A stretch of 64,000 nucleotides of DNA from Rebecca billardiae RCC1528 (lineage: Eukaryota; Protista; Haptophyta): assembly GCA_965240325.2 (NCBI GenBank), contig OZ251233.1, positions 1,178,001-1,242,000 on the forward strand, written 5' to 3'. Positions 1 through 11,890 of this stretch are shown piece by piece. The notes beneath the pieces were generated by a model. The model ran no database searches. It had not been told where the DNA came from and saw nothing but the letters and a program-made list of their open reading frames with translations. Every line of letters begins with the position of its first letter. The first letter of the stretch is position 1. A program made the translations under genes and the position numbers.

Positions 1-174
1 GCGCTCAACACCTTCATCGACGACCTCTTCGCGTTCATCATCCAGATGCCGACGATGCACCGACTCTCGTGCCTGCGCGACGACGTGATCTTTCTCATCT
101 ACCTATACCAGCGCTGGGCGTACGGTGTCGACCGGAAGCGCGCCAACGAGTATGGGCAGCGCGCGGCGGACTGA
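1..174 (+). CDS. CLPTM1: CLPTM1-family membrane protein (lipid scramblase family), C-terminal fragment (5' partial)
   Basis: Frame +1 reads ALNTFIDDLFAFIIQMPTMHRLSCLRDDVIFLIYLYQRWAYGVDRKRANEYGQRAAD*, the conserved CLPTM1/CLPTM1L C-terminal signature. Not in the ORF track. Confidence 0.9.
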   Translation, partial: ALNTFIDDLFAFIIQMPTMHRLSCLRDDVIFLIYLYQRWAYGVDRKRANEYGQRAAD

Positions 175-368
175 GACGTGACCCGAAAGCCACGTGTGCT
201 CGGCGCCCAGACCGTGTGACCCTGAGGGAAGTATACGATGACGCGACAAACTCAAAACTGGCGCAACGCAGCAGCAGTCGTGGTCATCGCACTGCTCGTC
301 GTCCTTGGACGACCTTGGCATAGTGGCAAAACGCGCCGCGATGATCTAGAGTCTCTGACGAGACGATA

Positions 369-3001
369 CACAGTGCCGGAAAACTGCTCAGGGTGACGTT
401 TTAAGTTGTCCGCACCACTAGTCGAATCATCGGACAATTCTGAAGCGGTGCGCCTAAATTCGGCGCACCATAGGCGCGTCGAATCGTGGCACAGACCTTG
501 GTAGCAGGCCACACCTGAGCGCGCTGCGCGCGCCGACGCGCGCTCGGCGCGGGCAAAAAATCATGCGCCGTTGGCATTACGCAGCCCCGCGCAGCGCTGT
601 GCTCGAGCTCGGCGGCGGCGAAAGCGGGCGGGCGCACACGGCGGTGCCCGTGCGCGCTGCTCCGAGCGCAGCTGCGGCCACCCCGGCGGCATGCCGCCGG
701 TCGAGGGCACGAAAACCGATTTTTCGGGAAAATGCAGAGCAGCGGCGCCCGAGCGCGCCCGAGCTCGTCGCAGCACAGTCTCCTGGTGGCTGCGCCCCGT
801 GAAGCCACGCCACGCGGGGCGCTGGCGTGCGCGTGGCCTGCGCCCACCGTGCGCTGCCCCATCATGGCCGTCGACCGCTCCGAGCGCCTCACCACGCGTG
901 CTCGAGCCCACCGATACTGACGCCCGAGCACGGTGCCGGCAGCGCTCGCAGGTGGGCGTCGGAGAAAACACGCCGGCCGAACGAGCTTGAAGCGTCCGCC
1001 GCGATGCCAACGGCAGCGGACGACGTGCGCGCCACCTCGGCGCCAGTCGCCCAGCCCTTGCGCGGCGGTGCGGGCTCGCTCGTTCGCCGCCATCAGCTGC
1101 GCGCGCGCAGCCCGATCACTGCCCGCTGGTTCTGTTGTCGAGCAGCTGCGGCCTGCCACGCGCACTGCCGGACATTGAGCCACAGCGCGAGCACGCGCCT
1201 CGTCTGGCACGCGCGAGCACTCAGCACCGTGCGTGGCCACCATGACGCGCCCATCTGCGCCAGCAGCGATGAGCACGCCGCCGTTCAGCTCGAATCGGGC
1301 TCGCTCGCGACGCAGCAACGCGCGGCCGTAGCGGCGGCAGCAGCGCCGTCGAGCACGCGCGGCAAACAAATATGCAGCGCGGGCGAGTCGACGGTCTGGA
1401 AAATGCGCGATCACGCCACAGCAGGCTGGCAGAGCCCGCCCGAGCTGCAGCATGCCGTAGGTGCTGCCCCAAGCTCTCGACTGCCCGTAAGCGGCGGCAT
1501 GTGCGGCGGCGCCGGCGGCGGCCATGCTGCCACGCCGTTGCGCGCCGCGGGGCGCCGTCGGCACCTCCGTGGTGAAGCGCACAGAGCTCGAGCCCACGGG
1601 GGCTGGCGACCGTCAAACCGACACCCCATGACGCGGGGCTGCGTGCGCCAGCTGCGCGCACTCCGTGGGCCCACCTAGCCCGCTCGAGCAGCTCGCCTTG
1701 GGTGCGCGCAGCGGCTCGAGCACACTGGTATGGGACGCCTGCCTGCGGTGCCGCCGAGCACATGCGGCCGACGGTCACTCAGCACGGGCGACTCGACGGC
1801 GGCGAGCAGGCGCGACGGCCTCGCCGCGCCGCGGAAAAGCCTGCCCGGGCTGCAGCACGCCGTAGGAGCAGCCCAGCGCCCTCCTCCGCCCTCCAGCTTC
1901 GGCGCGCGCAGCAGGCCCGGCGGCGGCCATGCTGGCGTGCCCAAGCATGAAGATGGGCGCGGCCGGCCGCGCCGTCGCAAAGCGCGCAGAACTCGAGCTC
2001 GGGGGGGCGGACGGCCGCCAAACTGGCGCGGCAGGACGTGGCACTGCGTGCGCCAGCTGCGCGCACCCGCTGCGCCCGCGTGGCCCGTGCGAGCGCCGCG
2101 CCTCGAGCACACGCAGCTGCTCGACACAGCCACGGCAGTGTGGCTTGTGCGCGTGCACGTGATCAGTCTCAGCTCTGAGGCGCGCGCTCAGGAGGGCTGC
2201 GGCCGGGCCGAGCGCGATCTGCGCGGACGGTACAGCCTGGCGGCTCATGCCAGCCAGCCCAAAGCCCGCTCCGCCATCCGCGTCATGGCGCTCCAGCCTC
2301 TCGCGTGCTGCGCTGCAGCCGCGCTCGGCAAAGACGTCGCCCAGCCCGCCTTGCACGCGGCTGAGCAGTGGCAGCCAGGCGAAGCGTCGTCGCGGGCGAG
2401 GCTGCGCTGGGTGATGCGGCTCGGGTCGGTGGGCAAGTCGCACCCCGCCGTCGGTCGCCTCCACGCCTCAGGCTCGCTCGAGGTCAAAGACAACTGCGCG
2501 GCGCGGCGTTTGCGCGGGCGGGCCGCGGGCGTGGCGGGGTGTACGCGTGCAATGTCACAGCCTCCCACACAATTTCAGGAGGGTGAGATGCACCGCCAGC
2601 GGCACCCGCACACAATCCCACCCTGCGCGAGCCACCTGCCGTGTCGACTGAAGCATCAGGCTCGGGCGCAACCGCGGGCGGCGCATGCAAGAAGCTCGCG
2701 AAACGCACCGCGCGCGCCGTGAGGGCGAAAGGAGAGCACCCGTCAGGGCGGCGAGGAACTTGCCCAGCGCCACGCGGAAGACGACCCCAGCCCGCGTCGA
2801 CGCATAGTCGGGCCCGCGAGCAGCCTCGTCGGTCTTCGCCGAGTAGATCGCGCCGCGAGCCGAGGCACCGCTCGTTTGAGGCTCCGTCCGCCGCGAAGTC
2901 GCGGCTTCCACCCGAGTTCCACTGTCCGGCCGAGACCGGATTCGCTGACTCGAGCTGCGGACCGTCCGAAGCGTCACGGAAAATTCCAATCCTGCACTGT
3001 G
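369..3001. mobile_element. Putative non-autonomous DNA transposon (CMC/EnSpm-like or Tc1/mariner-like), 2-bp TA duplication
   Basis: Ends CACAGTGC (369-376) and GCACTGTG (2994-3001), flanked by TA at 367-368 and 3002-3003. The imperfect TIR continues with equally spaced GTGACG and GTCCGCA blocks. No recognisable coding region inside. Confidence 0.55.
1439..2095. repeat. Diverged direct repeat pair (about 250 bp, offset about 405 bp) inside the 369-3001 element
   Basis: 1439-1690 and 1844-2095 share blocks GCTGCAGCA(T/C)GCCGTAGG, GGCGGCGGCCATGCTG and CTGCGTGCGCCAGCTGCGCGCAC. Confidence 0.65.
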
Positions 3002-3775
3002 TATGTTATTATTATTATTATGGCACTGGCTTCCGCGACACGCCGATTGGCAGGCCCTCGGCCTCGTCCGCTCGAGTGGCGCGGCGCGACGTAGCCGGGG
3101 CAGCCGGGCCTCGTCGTCAGCAGACGGTCCGCCCGGACGGTCCGAGTGTGCGCATCGGCATATATGCGACTACGACTGTTCCGGTAGTCGTTAGTCTGTG
3201 TTATTCATGATGCATATGTCACTGCTGCGCTGGCCGGGCTGCAGCGGACTGCCGCCGCAGGCAGGCAGACTGACTACCGCTCACCGCTGCTCTGCCCGGC
3301 TGCGGCAGCACGGCTACCACGGCTGACTCCGGGGGGGCGCCGGGGCAGGCGCGGGCTGCGCGCGGGGCCGGGGGCGCACTCCGCCCGTCGACGAGTAGCG
3401 CTGTAGCGCGAGCGGCAATGCGAGCCGCATAGTAACTATAACGACTCTATTAGACTTAGTACTACTGAGTACTGGTCGACATCAGCAGACACAGACAGCC
3501 GCTCTGGCTCTTTGAGAGCAGCGCCTCTGTCACCGACTAGACATAGTACGACAGTGTCCGCCGAGTATAAGGCCGGTATATATATCAGCATCAATTGAAA
3601 CCGCGTACAAGATCGACTTACATAACTCGGATGATACACTGTAATAACCGCGCGCGCTACTCGCGTACGCCCTGCGGCTCGGGGCGCTGCTCGCTCTGCA
3701 ATGACCTATTTGCGCAGTCCTTTGCTTTCGGGTCTAATAAGAATACTACTCTATAGCTAGTCTAGCTTACTATAG

Positions 3776-4744
3776 TTACATCGACGTAATCCTACTTGAT
3801 GGGGCCCAGATGGCCACCGCGTTCTCGACGCTTGCCACGCGTCGGAAGACGATGGTTACGTACTTGTGCCTCACCTCCAGGTGCATGACCTCGAAAAGGG
3901 AGCATGCTGCTTGCTGGATCATTTCCACGATGGGCACGACGTTCTCAAAGTACTGCTTGCCTGTCCCCGACGCCTTGGCACGCTTCGCGAGCTTCTGTTG
4001 GAACGAGGCCGATGGGATGTGGATGGCGAGCAGCGTACCTGCGCGCGAATGGGCCTTGAGCACAGCCCACAGGTCGCGCTGCCGATAAGCTGGGATGTGC
4101 TCGTACGAATCGTTCATCATGATCACGTCGAAAGTCCGCTTGAGCCGGACCTTGGTGATGTCTGCCTCGTGGAAGCTCACGGTGGGTATCAAGCTGCTCG
4201 CCGCGCGCACCCAGCCAGGCACGAGCTCAACGCCGTGCACACTGCCTGTTCCGCTGATACTCTTGGCCCGGCGTGTGACGACGCCGGCAGCGCAACCCAG
4301 ATCGAGCACATCGTTCCCGCGCTTCACAAATCGTTTCAGCATGTCATTGATCTCGTCGTAGCGTGAATGGGACCAAAACGCCTCCCCGTCCGACAGCTCG
4401 GTCTGCAACTCGGCCACCTTCTTCGCGAACTTTGGCGAGCTCTCGTATTTGCTGACCTCGGCGCGGAGGAGCTCGTCGTAGTCCGCCGGCGTTGGCTCGT
4501 CCGTGAACGCACGCGAGCATTGCTGCAAGGAGATATGGGGGGAAACAAGCTGCGACGCATTGGCAGGCGCGCACGGCGAGACATGATGCCGCATCTCGAC
4601 AACTGCTGCCGGTTGGCTATCAGTCGGCGACGAGGGTAGCCTGCTCAGCACGGTGGCAAGGCTGAAGGCGACGGCGCCCACTACGAGATGCGTCGCGACG
4701 CATCCGCTCGTCACGCATCCACCTGCCGGCCCGGCGGCGACCAT
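3776..4744 (-). CDS. Class I SAM-dependent methyltransferase with N-terminal membrane anchor
   Basis: Motif I VLDLGCAAG, acidic post-I GVELV, FDVIMMNDSYEHIP; hydrophobic LVVGAVAFSLATVL near the N-terminus. ATG at 4744 chosen because the upstream part of the 509-aa ORF runs into the transposon TIR. Confidence 0.8.
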   Translation of the reverse strand: MVAAGPAGGCVTSGCVATHLVVGAVAFSLATVLSRLPSSPTDSQPAAVVEMRHHVSPCAPANASQLVSPHISLQQCSRAFTDEPTPADYDELLRAEVSKYESSPKFAKKVAELQTELSDGEAFWSHSRYDEINDMLKRFVKRGNDVLDLGCAAGVVTRRAKSISGTGSVHGVELVPGWVRAASSLIPTVSFHEADITKVRLKRTFDVIMMNDSYEHIPAYRQRDLWAVLKAHSRAGTLLAIHIPSASFQQKLAKRAKASGTGKQYFENVVPIVEMIQQAACSLFEVMHLEVRHKYVTIVFRRVASVENAVAIWAPSSRITSM

Positions 4745-5599
4745 CGCGCCCAGTGGTGCTAGCCACCCGTCCCAGAAAGCCTCTTGAGCCCGTCTTCGGC
4801 TCAGCGGGCTCAAAAACTTCGCAGCGAGGCTTTTGAGCTCAGTGCAGCCAGGTTTGGCGCTCTGCAGTGGCGGATGCCAGCTGAAACTGGGGCTTTTGGC
4901 CCAGTTTGCGATGGCACAGTGGGGGGCTTCGCGGGTCAGTAAACTGGGGAAAAGCCTCAGTTTCAGATGGCACGCGCCCACTGCGGCCGTGCCATCGCAA
5001 ACTGGGCCGAATCGCCCAGTTTGCGTGTGCACGGGGACGCACTGCGGCCGGCTGCAACTTGGCTCAGCATGGGGCAACAGGGCAGCTGTCCACAGCCCAG
5101 GCGGGGCGTCACCGCCTGCGGGCCGCCGGTGGGCAGGGCCGACGGCGTCGCAGAGCTCATGCGTGGGAGCAGCGCGTTGAGAAGGCAACCAAGGTCGAGA
5201 AGGAGGGGGCAAGGCCGGCAAGCAGCAGGGGCCACCGGTACGTTCGTACATGCCTCCACACCGGTGCACATCACCCTTGCTCGCGGCCGTGACCTGTGCT
5301 GGCACTCACCTCATCATCGCCCACCATGCAGTGGCGGCCGAGCTAAGGCGAATACTCACAGGCACCGAACACGCATCGGCGGTGCCCACTGGTGCTGGCA
5401 TGCTGTCCTCTACTTGCTGTCGGACAGCAAGCGGAGACGGCACCGCCGCAGCTGCGAGCGGGTGAGGTGCTGCTCTGCTCAGCGAGGCTGAGAGGCTGAG
5501 CACGGATCACGGATGGTGAGCCCTGGTCTCTCAACGCATCCAGGAGAGCAGTTGGTGCATAACTGTGCTCAGGCGTGCAGGACCAACCATCCGGTGCTG

Positions 5600-8466
5600 C
5601 TTCAAGCACCCGCGCCAACAGCGGCGGTACTCAACTCCACGCTGCTCATGCGGCCACACAGCTGCAGGGATGGTGCCACGGCGGGCGGCGGCGGTCGACG
5701 CAGCTGTCAGCTCGGCGGTGCGCGCCCGAGGGGCCTAGGCGACGAACGCGCCGAGCGCGGTGTGGCTGCTCGCTTCGCCCAGCGCGCGCGAGCCGCTGCC
5801 ATCGGGTGCCGCTGCGCCCGCGCCCAGCGCGGGCAGCAGCAGCTGTACTCAACTCCTCGCCGAGTGCGGCGGCAGCAGCAGGGATGGTGCCACGGCGGGC
5901 TGCGGCAGTCGCTGCAGCTGGCAGCTCGGTGGTGCGCGCCCGAGGAGCCTGGGCGCTGGGCGCACCGAGCGCGGTGACGCTGCTCGCCTCGCCCAGCGCG
6001 CTGGAGCCGCTGCCACCGGGCGCCGCTGCGCCCGCGCCCAGCCGGGGCAGCAGCAGCTGCGCTCGACTCCGCGCCGAGTGCGGCGGCAGCAGCGGGGATG
6101 GTGCCACGGCGGGCGGCGGCGGTCGCTGGAGCTGGCAGCTCGGTGGTGCCTGCCCGATGGGCCTGGGCGCTGGGCGCACCGAGCGCGGTGACGCTGCTCG
6201 CCTCGCCCAACGCGCTCGAGCCGCTGCCATCGGGCGCTGCGCTGCCCGCGCCCAGCTTGGGCAGCAGCAGCTGCGCTCGACTCCGCGCCGAGTGCGGCGG
6301 CAGCAGCAGGGATGGTGCCACGGCGGGCGGCGGCGGTCGCTGCAGCTGGCAGCTCGGTGGTGCCTGCCCGATGGGCCTGGGCGCTGGGCGCACCGAGCGC
6401 GGTGACGCTGCTCGCCTCGCCCAACGCGCTCGAGCCGCTGCCATCGGGCGCTGCGCTGCCCGCGCCCAGCTTGGGCAGCAGCAGCTGCGCTCGACTCCGC
6501 GCCGAGTGCGGCGGCAGCAGCAGGGATGGTGACACGGCGGGCTGCGGCGGTCGCTGGAGCTGGCAGCTCGGTGGTGTGCGCCCGAGGAGCCTGGGCGCTG
6601 GGCGCACCGAGCGCGGTGACGCTGCTCGCCTCGCCCAGCGCGCTGGAGCCGCTGCCACCGGGCGCCGCTGCGCCCGCGCCCAGCCGGGGCAGCAGCAGCT
6701 GCGCTCGACTCCGCGCCGCGTGCGGCGGCAGCAGCAGGGATGGTGCCACGGCGGGCGGCGGCGGTCGCTGCAGCTGAAAGCTCGTTGGTGCCTGCCCGAT
6801 GGGCCTGGGCGCTGGGCGCACCGAGCGCGGTGACGCTGCTCGCCTCGCCCAGCGCGCTCGAGCCGCTGTCACCAGGCGCTGCTGCGCCCGCGCCCAGCCG
6901 GGGCAGCTGCAGCTGCGCTCGACTCCGCGCCGAGTGCGGCGGCAGCAGCAGGGATGGTGCCACGGCGGGCGGTGGCAGTCGCTGGAGCTGGCAGCTCGGT
7001 GGTGCGCGCCCGAGGAGCCTGGGCGCTGGGCGCACCGAGCGCGGTGACGCTGCTCGCCTCGCCCAACGCGCTGGAGCCGCTGCCATCGGGCGCTGCGCTG
7101 CCCGCGCCCAGCTTGGGCAGCAGCAGCTGCGCTCGACTCCGCGCCGAGTGCGGCGGTAGCAGCAGGGATGGTGCCACGGCGGGCGGCGGCGGTCGCTGGA
7201 GCTGGCAGCTCGGTGGTGCGCGCCCGAGGAGCCTGGGCGCTGGGCGCACCGAGCGCGGTGACGCTGCTCGCCTCGCCCAGCGCGCTCGAGCCGCTGCCAC
7301 CGGGCGCTGCTGCGCCCGCGCCCAGCCGGGGCAGCAGCAGCTGCGCTCGACTCCGCGCCGCGTGCGGCGGCAGCAGCAGGGATGGTGCCACGGCGGGCGG
7401 CGGCGGTCGCTGCAGCTGAAAGCTCGTTGGTGCCTGCCCGATGGGCCTGGGCGCTGGGCGCACCGAGCGCGGTGACACTGCTCGCCTCGCCCAACGCGCT
7501 GGAGCCGCTGCCATCGGGCGCTGCGCTGCCCGCGCCCAGCTTGGGCAGCAGCAGCTGCGCTCGACTCCGCGCCGAGTGCGGCGGCAGCAGCAGGGATGGT
7601 GCCACGGCGGGCTGTGGCAGTCGCTGGAGCTGGCAGCTCGGTGGTGCGCGCCCGAGGAGCCTGGGCGCTGGGCGCACCGAGCGCGGTGACGCTGCTCGCC
7701 TCGCCCAGCGCGCTCGAGCCGCTGCCATCGGGCGCTGCTGCGCCCGCGCCCAGCTTGGGCAGCAGCAGCTGCGCTCGACTCCGCGCCGAGTGCGGCGGCA
7801 GCAGCGGGGATGGTGCCACGGCGGGCTGTGGCAGGTGCTGGAGCTGGCAGCTCGGTGGTGCGCGCCCGAGGAGCCTGGGCGCTGGGCGCACCGAGCGCGG
7901 TGACGCTGCTCGCCTCGCCCAGCGCGCTCGAGCCGCTGCCATCGGGCGCTGCTGCGCCCGCGCCCAGCCGGGGCAGCAGCAGCTGCGCTCAACTCCGCGC
8001 CGCGTGCGGCAGCAGCAGCAGGGATGGTGCCACGTCTGGCGGCGGCGGTCGCTGGAGCTCAAAGCCCGGCGGTGCGCGCCCGAGGGGGCTAGGCATTTGG
8101 CGCACCGAGCGCGGTGACGCCGCTCGCTTCCCGCAGCGCGCTGGAGCCGCTGCCATCCGATGCTGCTGCGCCTGCGCCCCGCTTGGGCAGCAGCAGCTGC
8201 GCTCGACTTCCCACCGCGTGCGGCGGCAGCAGCGGGGATGGTGCCACGGCGGCCGGCGGCGGTCGCTGGAGCTGACACCCCGGCGGTTCGTGCTTCAGGG
8301 GCCTGGGCGGTGGACGCACTGAGCGCGGTGACGCTGCTCGCCTCGCCCACCGCGCTCGAGCCGCTGCCATCTGATGCTGCTGCACCGCCCGGGCAGCTGC
8401 AGACTCTGCGCTCGACTCCACGCCGCGTGCCGTGTCGTGGCAGGCAGCAGCAGCAGCAGGCTGGTG
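5600..8466 (+). repeat. Tandem array of 214-bp GC-rich units, about 13 copies (left arm)
   Basis: GATGGTG(C/A)CACG recurs with ATG at 5670, 5884, 6098, 6312, 6526, 6740, 6954, 7168, 7382, 7596, 7810, 8024, 8238 (exact 214 period); edge units degenerate. Confidence 0.95.
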
Positions 8467-8885
8467 ATTAACTGCTGCTGCTCAGCAGATTACTGCGACT
8501 GCTGCTCGGTCGCTGCGTGTGAAGTAGATGAGCGAGTCGCTTGTGCCGGGCCGCAGGCAGCAGCCCAGCCGTGCCGATGCCTCGGATGGCGTAGTCAGTG
8601 GTCGTACTCGGGGCGGAGTAGTGCCGTGCCCGTAGGTGATCCGGACTCGCGAGTCGCGGAGTGCCGAGCACAGCCCGGCCGGTATTGGCGGATATGGACG
8701 ACTGCTATATCGTCGTCGCGCGATACATCGGCATCATCAGCATCATCATCAGCATCGAATACCGTAGTCTGCTCCGAATATGACGGCGCGAATTTGAGCG
8801 CAGCTAAGAATTTATAATAAGTATAGTAGCGCAGATGACGCCAGACGAATTCATCACTCTGCTCCGATGACCGAGCGGCGCGCAT

Positions 8886-8905
8886 TATATATATATATAT
8901 ATATA
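8886..8905. repeat. (TA)n microsatellite in the foldback spacer
   Basis: tatatatatatatatatata. Confidence 0.9.
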
Positions 8906-9279
8906 GCTGCTGCGGCTGCGCATGCAGTGCCATGAGCCCTCTATACCAGTTGTCGGTCTGCTGCATATATATATAGTACATTATGACCAACTCCTCGGAG
9001 ATCGGGTCCGCGTAACCGGATCGCCCGAATATCCCCGATCGGACGGCGGGACGCGACTCCGGAGTCGGAGACCGGACGGTGATGACACAGTACTCAGTAG
9101 CCGCTCGGCTCGCGGCTCTGACCGGCTGCCCCGCCCCCGCAATAACCGACCGCGCGCGGTCGTTTACCGGCGGGTTAACGCGGCGGCCGGCCGCGCTGCG
9201 AGGCTGCGACTGCTGACAGCGAGTCAGCGGGTCACTCATCTAGTTCATCATACGCATCGACCGAGCAGTCGCGACGGTG

Positions 9280-11890
9280 CTGATCTGAGCTGCTGCAGCT
9301 GCTCCGGCTGGGCGCAGACAGCGCAGCGCCGGGTGGCAGCGACTCACCAGCGCGCTGGGCGAGGCGAGCAGCGTCACCGCGCTCGGTGCGCCCAGCGCCC
9401 AGGCTCCTCGGGCGCGCACCACCGAGCTGCCAGCTCCAGCGACCGCCGCCGCCCGCCGTGTCACCATCCCTGCTGCTGCCGCCGCACTCGGCGCGGAGTC
9501 GAGCGCAGCTGCTGCTGCCCAAGCTGGGCGCGGGCGCAGCAGCGCCCGATGGCAGCGGCTCGAGCGCGCTGGGCGAGGCGAGCAGCGTCACCGCGCTCGG
9601 TGCGCCCAGCGCCCAGGCTCCTCGGGCGCGCACCACCGAGCTGCCAGCTCCAGCGACTGCCACAGCCCGCCGTGGCACCATCCCTGCTGCTGCCGCCGCA
9701 CTCGGCGCGGAGTCGAGCGCAGCTGCAGCTGCCCCGGCTGGGCGCGGGCGCAGCAGCGCCTGGTGACAGCGGCTCGAGCGCGCTGGGCGAGGCGAGCAGC
9801 GTCACCGCGCTCGGTGCGCCCAGCGCCCAGGCCCATCGGGCAGGCACCAACGAGCTTTCAGCTGCAGCGACCGCCGCCGCCCGCCGTGGCACCATCCCTG
9901 CTGCTGCCGCCGCACGCGGCGCGGAGTCGAGCGCAGCTGCTGCTGCCCCGGCTGGGCGCGGGCGCAGCGGCGCCTGGTGACAGCGGCTCGAGCGCGCTGG
10001 GCGAGGCGAGCAGCGTCACCGCGCTCGGTGCGCCCAGCGCCCAGGCCCATCGGGCAGGCACCAACGAGCTTTCAGCTGCAGCGACCGCCGCCGCCCGCCG
10101 TGGCACCATCCCTGCTGCTGCCGCCGCACGCGGCGCGGAGTCGAGCGCAGCTGCTGCTGCCCCGGCTGGGCGCGGGCGCAGCAGCGCCCGATGGCAGCGG
10201 CTCCAGCGCGTTGGGCGAGGCGAGCAGCGTCACCGCGCTCGGTGCGCCCAGCGCCCAGGCTCCTCGGGCGCGCACCACCGAGCTGCCAGCTCCAGCGACC
10301 GCCGCCGCCCGCCGTGGCACCATCCCTGCTGCTGCCGCCGCACTCGGCGCGGAGTCGAGCGCAGCTGCTGCTGCCCAAGCTGGGCGCGGGCGCAGCCGCG
10401 CCCGGTGGCAGCGGCTCGAGCGCGCTGGGCGAGGCGAGCAGCGTCACCGCGCTCGGTGCGCCCAGCGCCCAGGCTCCTCGGGCGCACACCACCGAGCTGC
10501 CAGCTCCAGCGACCGCCGCCGCCCGCCGTGGCACCATCCCTGCTGCTGCCGCCGCACTCGGCGCGGAGTCGAGCGCAGCTGCTGCTGCCCAAGCTGGGCG
10601 CGGGCAGCGCAGCGCCCGATGGCAGCGGCTCCAGCGCGTTGGGCGAGGCGAGCAGCGTCACCGCGCTCGGTGCGCCCAGCGCCCAGGCTCCTCGGGCGCG
10701 CACCACCGAGCTGCCAGCTCCAGCGACCGCCGCCGCCCGCCGTGTCACCATCCCTGCTGCTGCCGCCGCACTCGGCGCGGAGTCGAGCGCAGCTGCTGCT
10801 GCCCAAGCTGGGCGCGGGCAGCGCAGCGCCCGATGGCAGCGGCTCCAGCGCGTTGGGCGAGGCGAGCAGCGTCACCGCGCTCGGTGCGCCCAGCGCCCAG
10901 GCTCCTCGGGCGCGCACCACCGAGCTGCCAGCTCCAGCGACCGCCGCCGCCCGCCGTGTCACCATCCCTGCTGCTGCCGCCGCACTCGGCGCGGAGTCGA
11001 GCGCAGCTGCTGCTGCCCAAGCTGGGCGCGGGCGCAGCGGCGCCCGGTGGCAGCGGCTCCAGCGCGTTGGGCGAGGCGAGCAGCGTCACCGCGCTCGGTG
11101 CGCCCAGCGCCCAGGCTCCTCGGGCGCACACCACCGAGCTGCCAGCTCCAGCGACCGCCGCCGCCCGCCGTGGCACCATCCCCGCTGCTGCCGCCGCACT
11201 CGGCGCGGAGTCGAGCGCAGCTGCTGCTGCCCCGGCTGGGCGCGGGCGCAGCAGCGCCCGATGGCAGCGGCTCCAGCGCGTTGGGCGAGGCGAGCAGCGT
11301 CACCGCGCTCGGTGCGCCCAGCGCCCAGGCTCCTCGGGCGCGCACCACCGAGCTGCCAGCTCCAGCGACCGCCGCCGCCCGCCGTGTCACCATCCCTGCT
11401 GCTGCCGCCGCACTCGGCGCGGAGTCGAGCGCAGCTGCTGCTGCCCAAGCTGGGCGCGGGCGCAGCGGCGCCCGGTGGCAGCGGCTCCAGCGCGTTGGGC
11501 GAGGCGAGCAGCGTCACCGCGCTCGGTGCGCCCAGCGCCCAGGCTCCTCGGGCGCACACCACCGAGCTGCCAGCTCCAGCGACCGCCGCCGCCCGCCGTG
11601 GCACCATCCCCGCTGCTGCCGCCGCACTCGGCGCGGAGTCGAGCGCAGCTGCTGCTGCCCCGGCTGGGCGCGGGCGCAGCAGCGCCCGATGGCAGCGGCT
11701 CGCGCGCGCTGGGCGAAGCGAGCAGCCACACCGCGCTCGGCGCGTTCGTCGCCTAGGCCCCTCGGGCGCGCACCGCCGAGCTGACAGCTGCGTCGACCGC
11801 CGCCGCCCGCCGTGGCACCATCCCTGCAGCTGTGTGGCCGCATGAGCAGCGTGGAGTTGAGTACCGCCGCTGTTGGCGCGGGTGCTTGAA
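9280..11890 (-). repeat. Inverted tandem array of the same 214-bp unit, about 12 copies (right arm)
   Basis: Minus-strand unit ATG at 9467, 9681, 9895, 10109, 10323, 10537, 10751, 10965, 11179, 11393, 11607, 11821. Confidence 0.95.

Noticed and set aside
401-2722. ORFs of 280-400 aa as a transposase
   Set aside because: Low-complexity, no DDE or DNA-binding motifs, no codon bias.
4745-5305. N-terminal 186 aa of the 509-aa methyltransferase ORF
   Set aside because: Mostly inside the TIR (mirrored at 12186-12638), non-ATG start.
5600-11890. CRISPR-like array
   Set aside because: Whole units repeat with no unique spacers, no cas genes, eukaryotic context.
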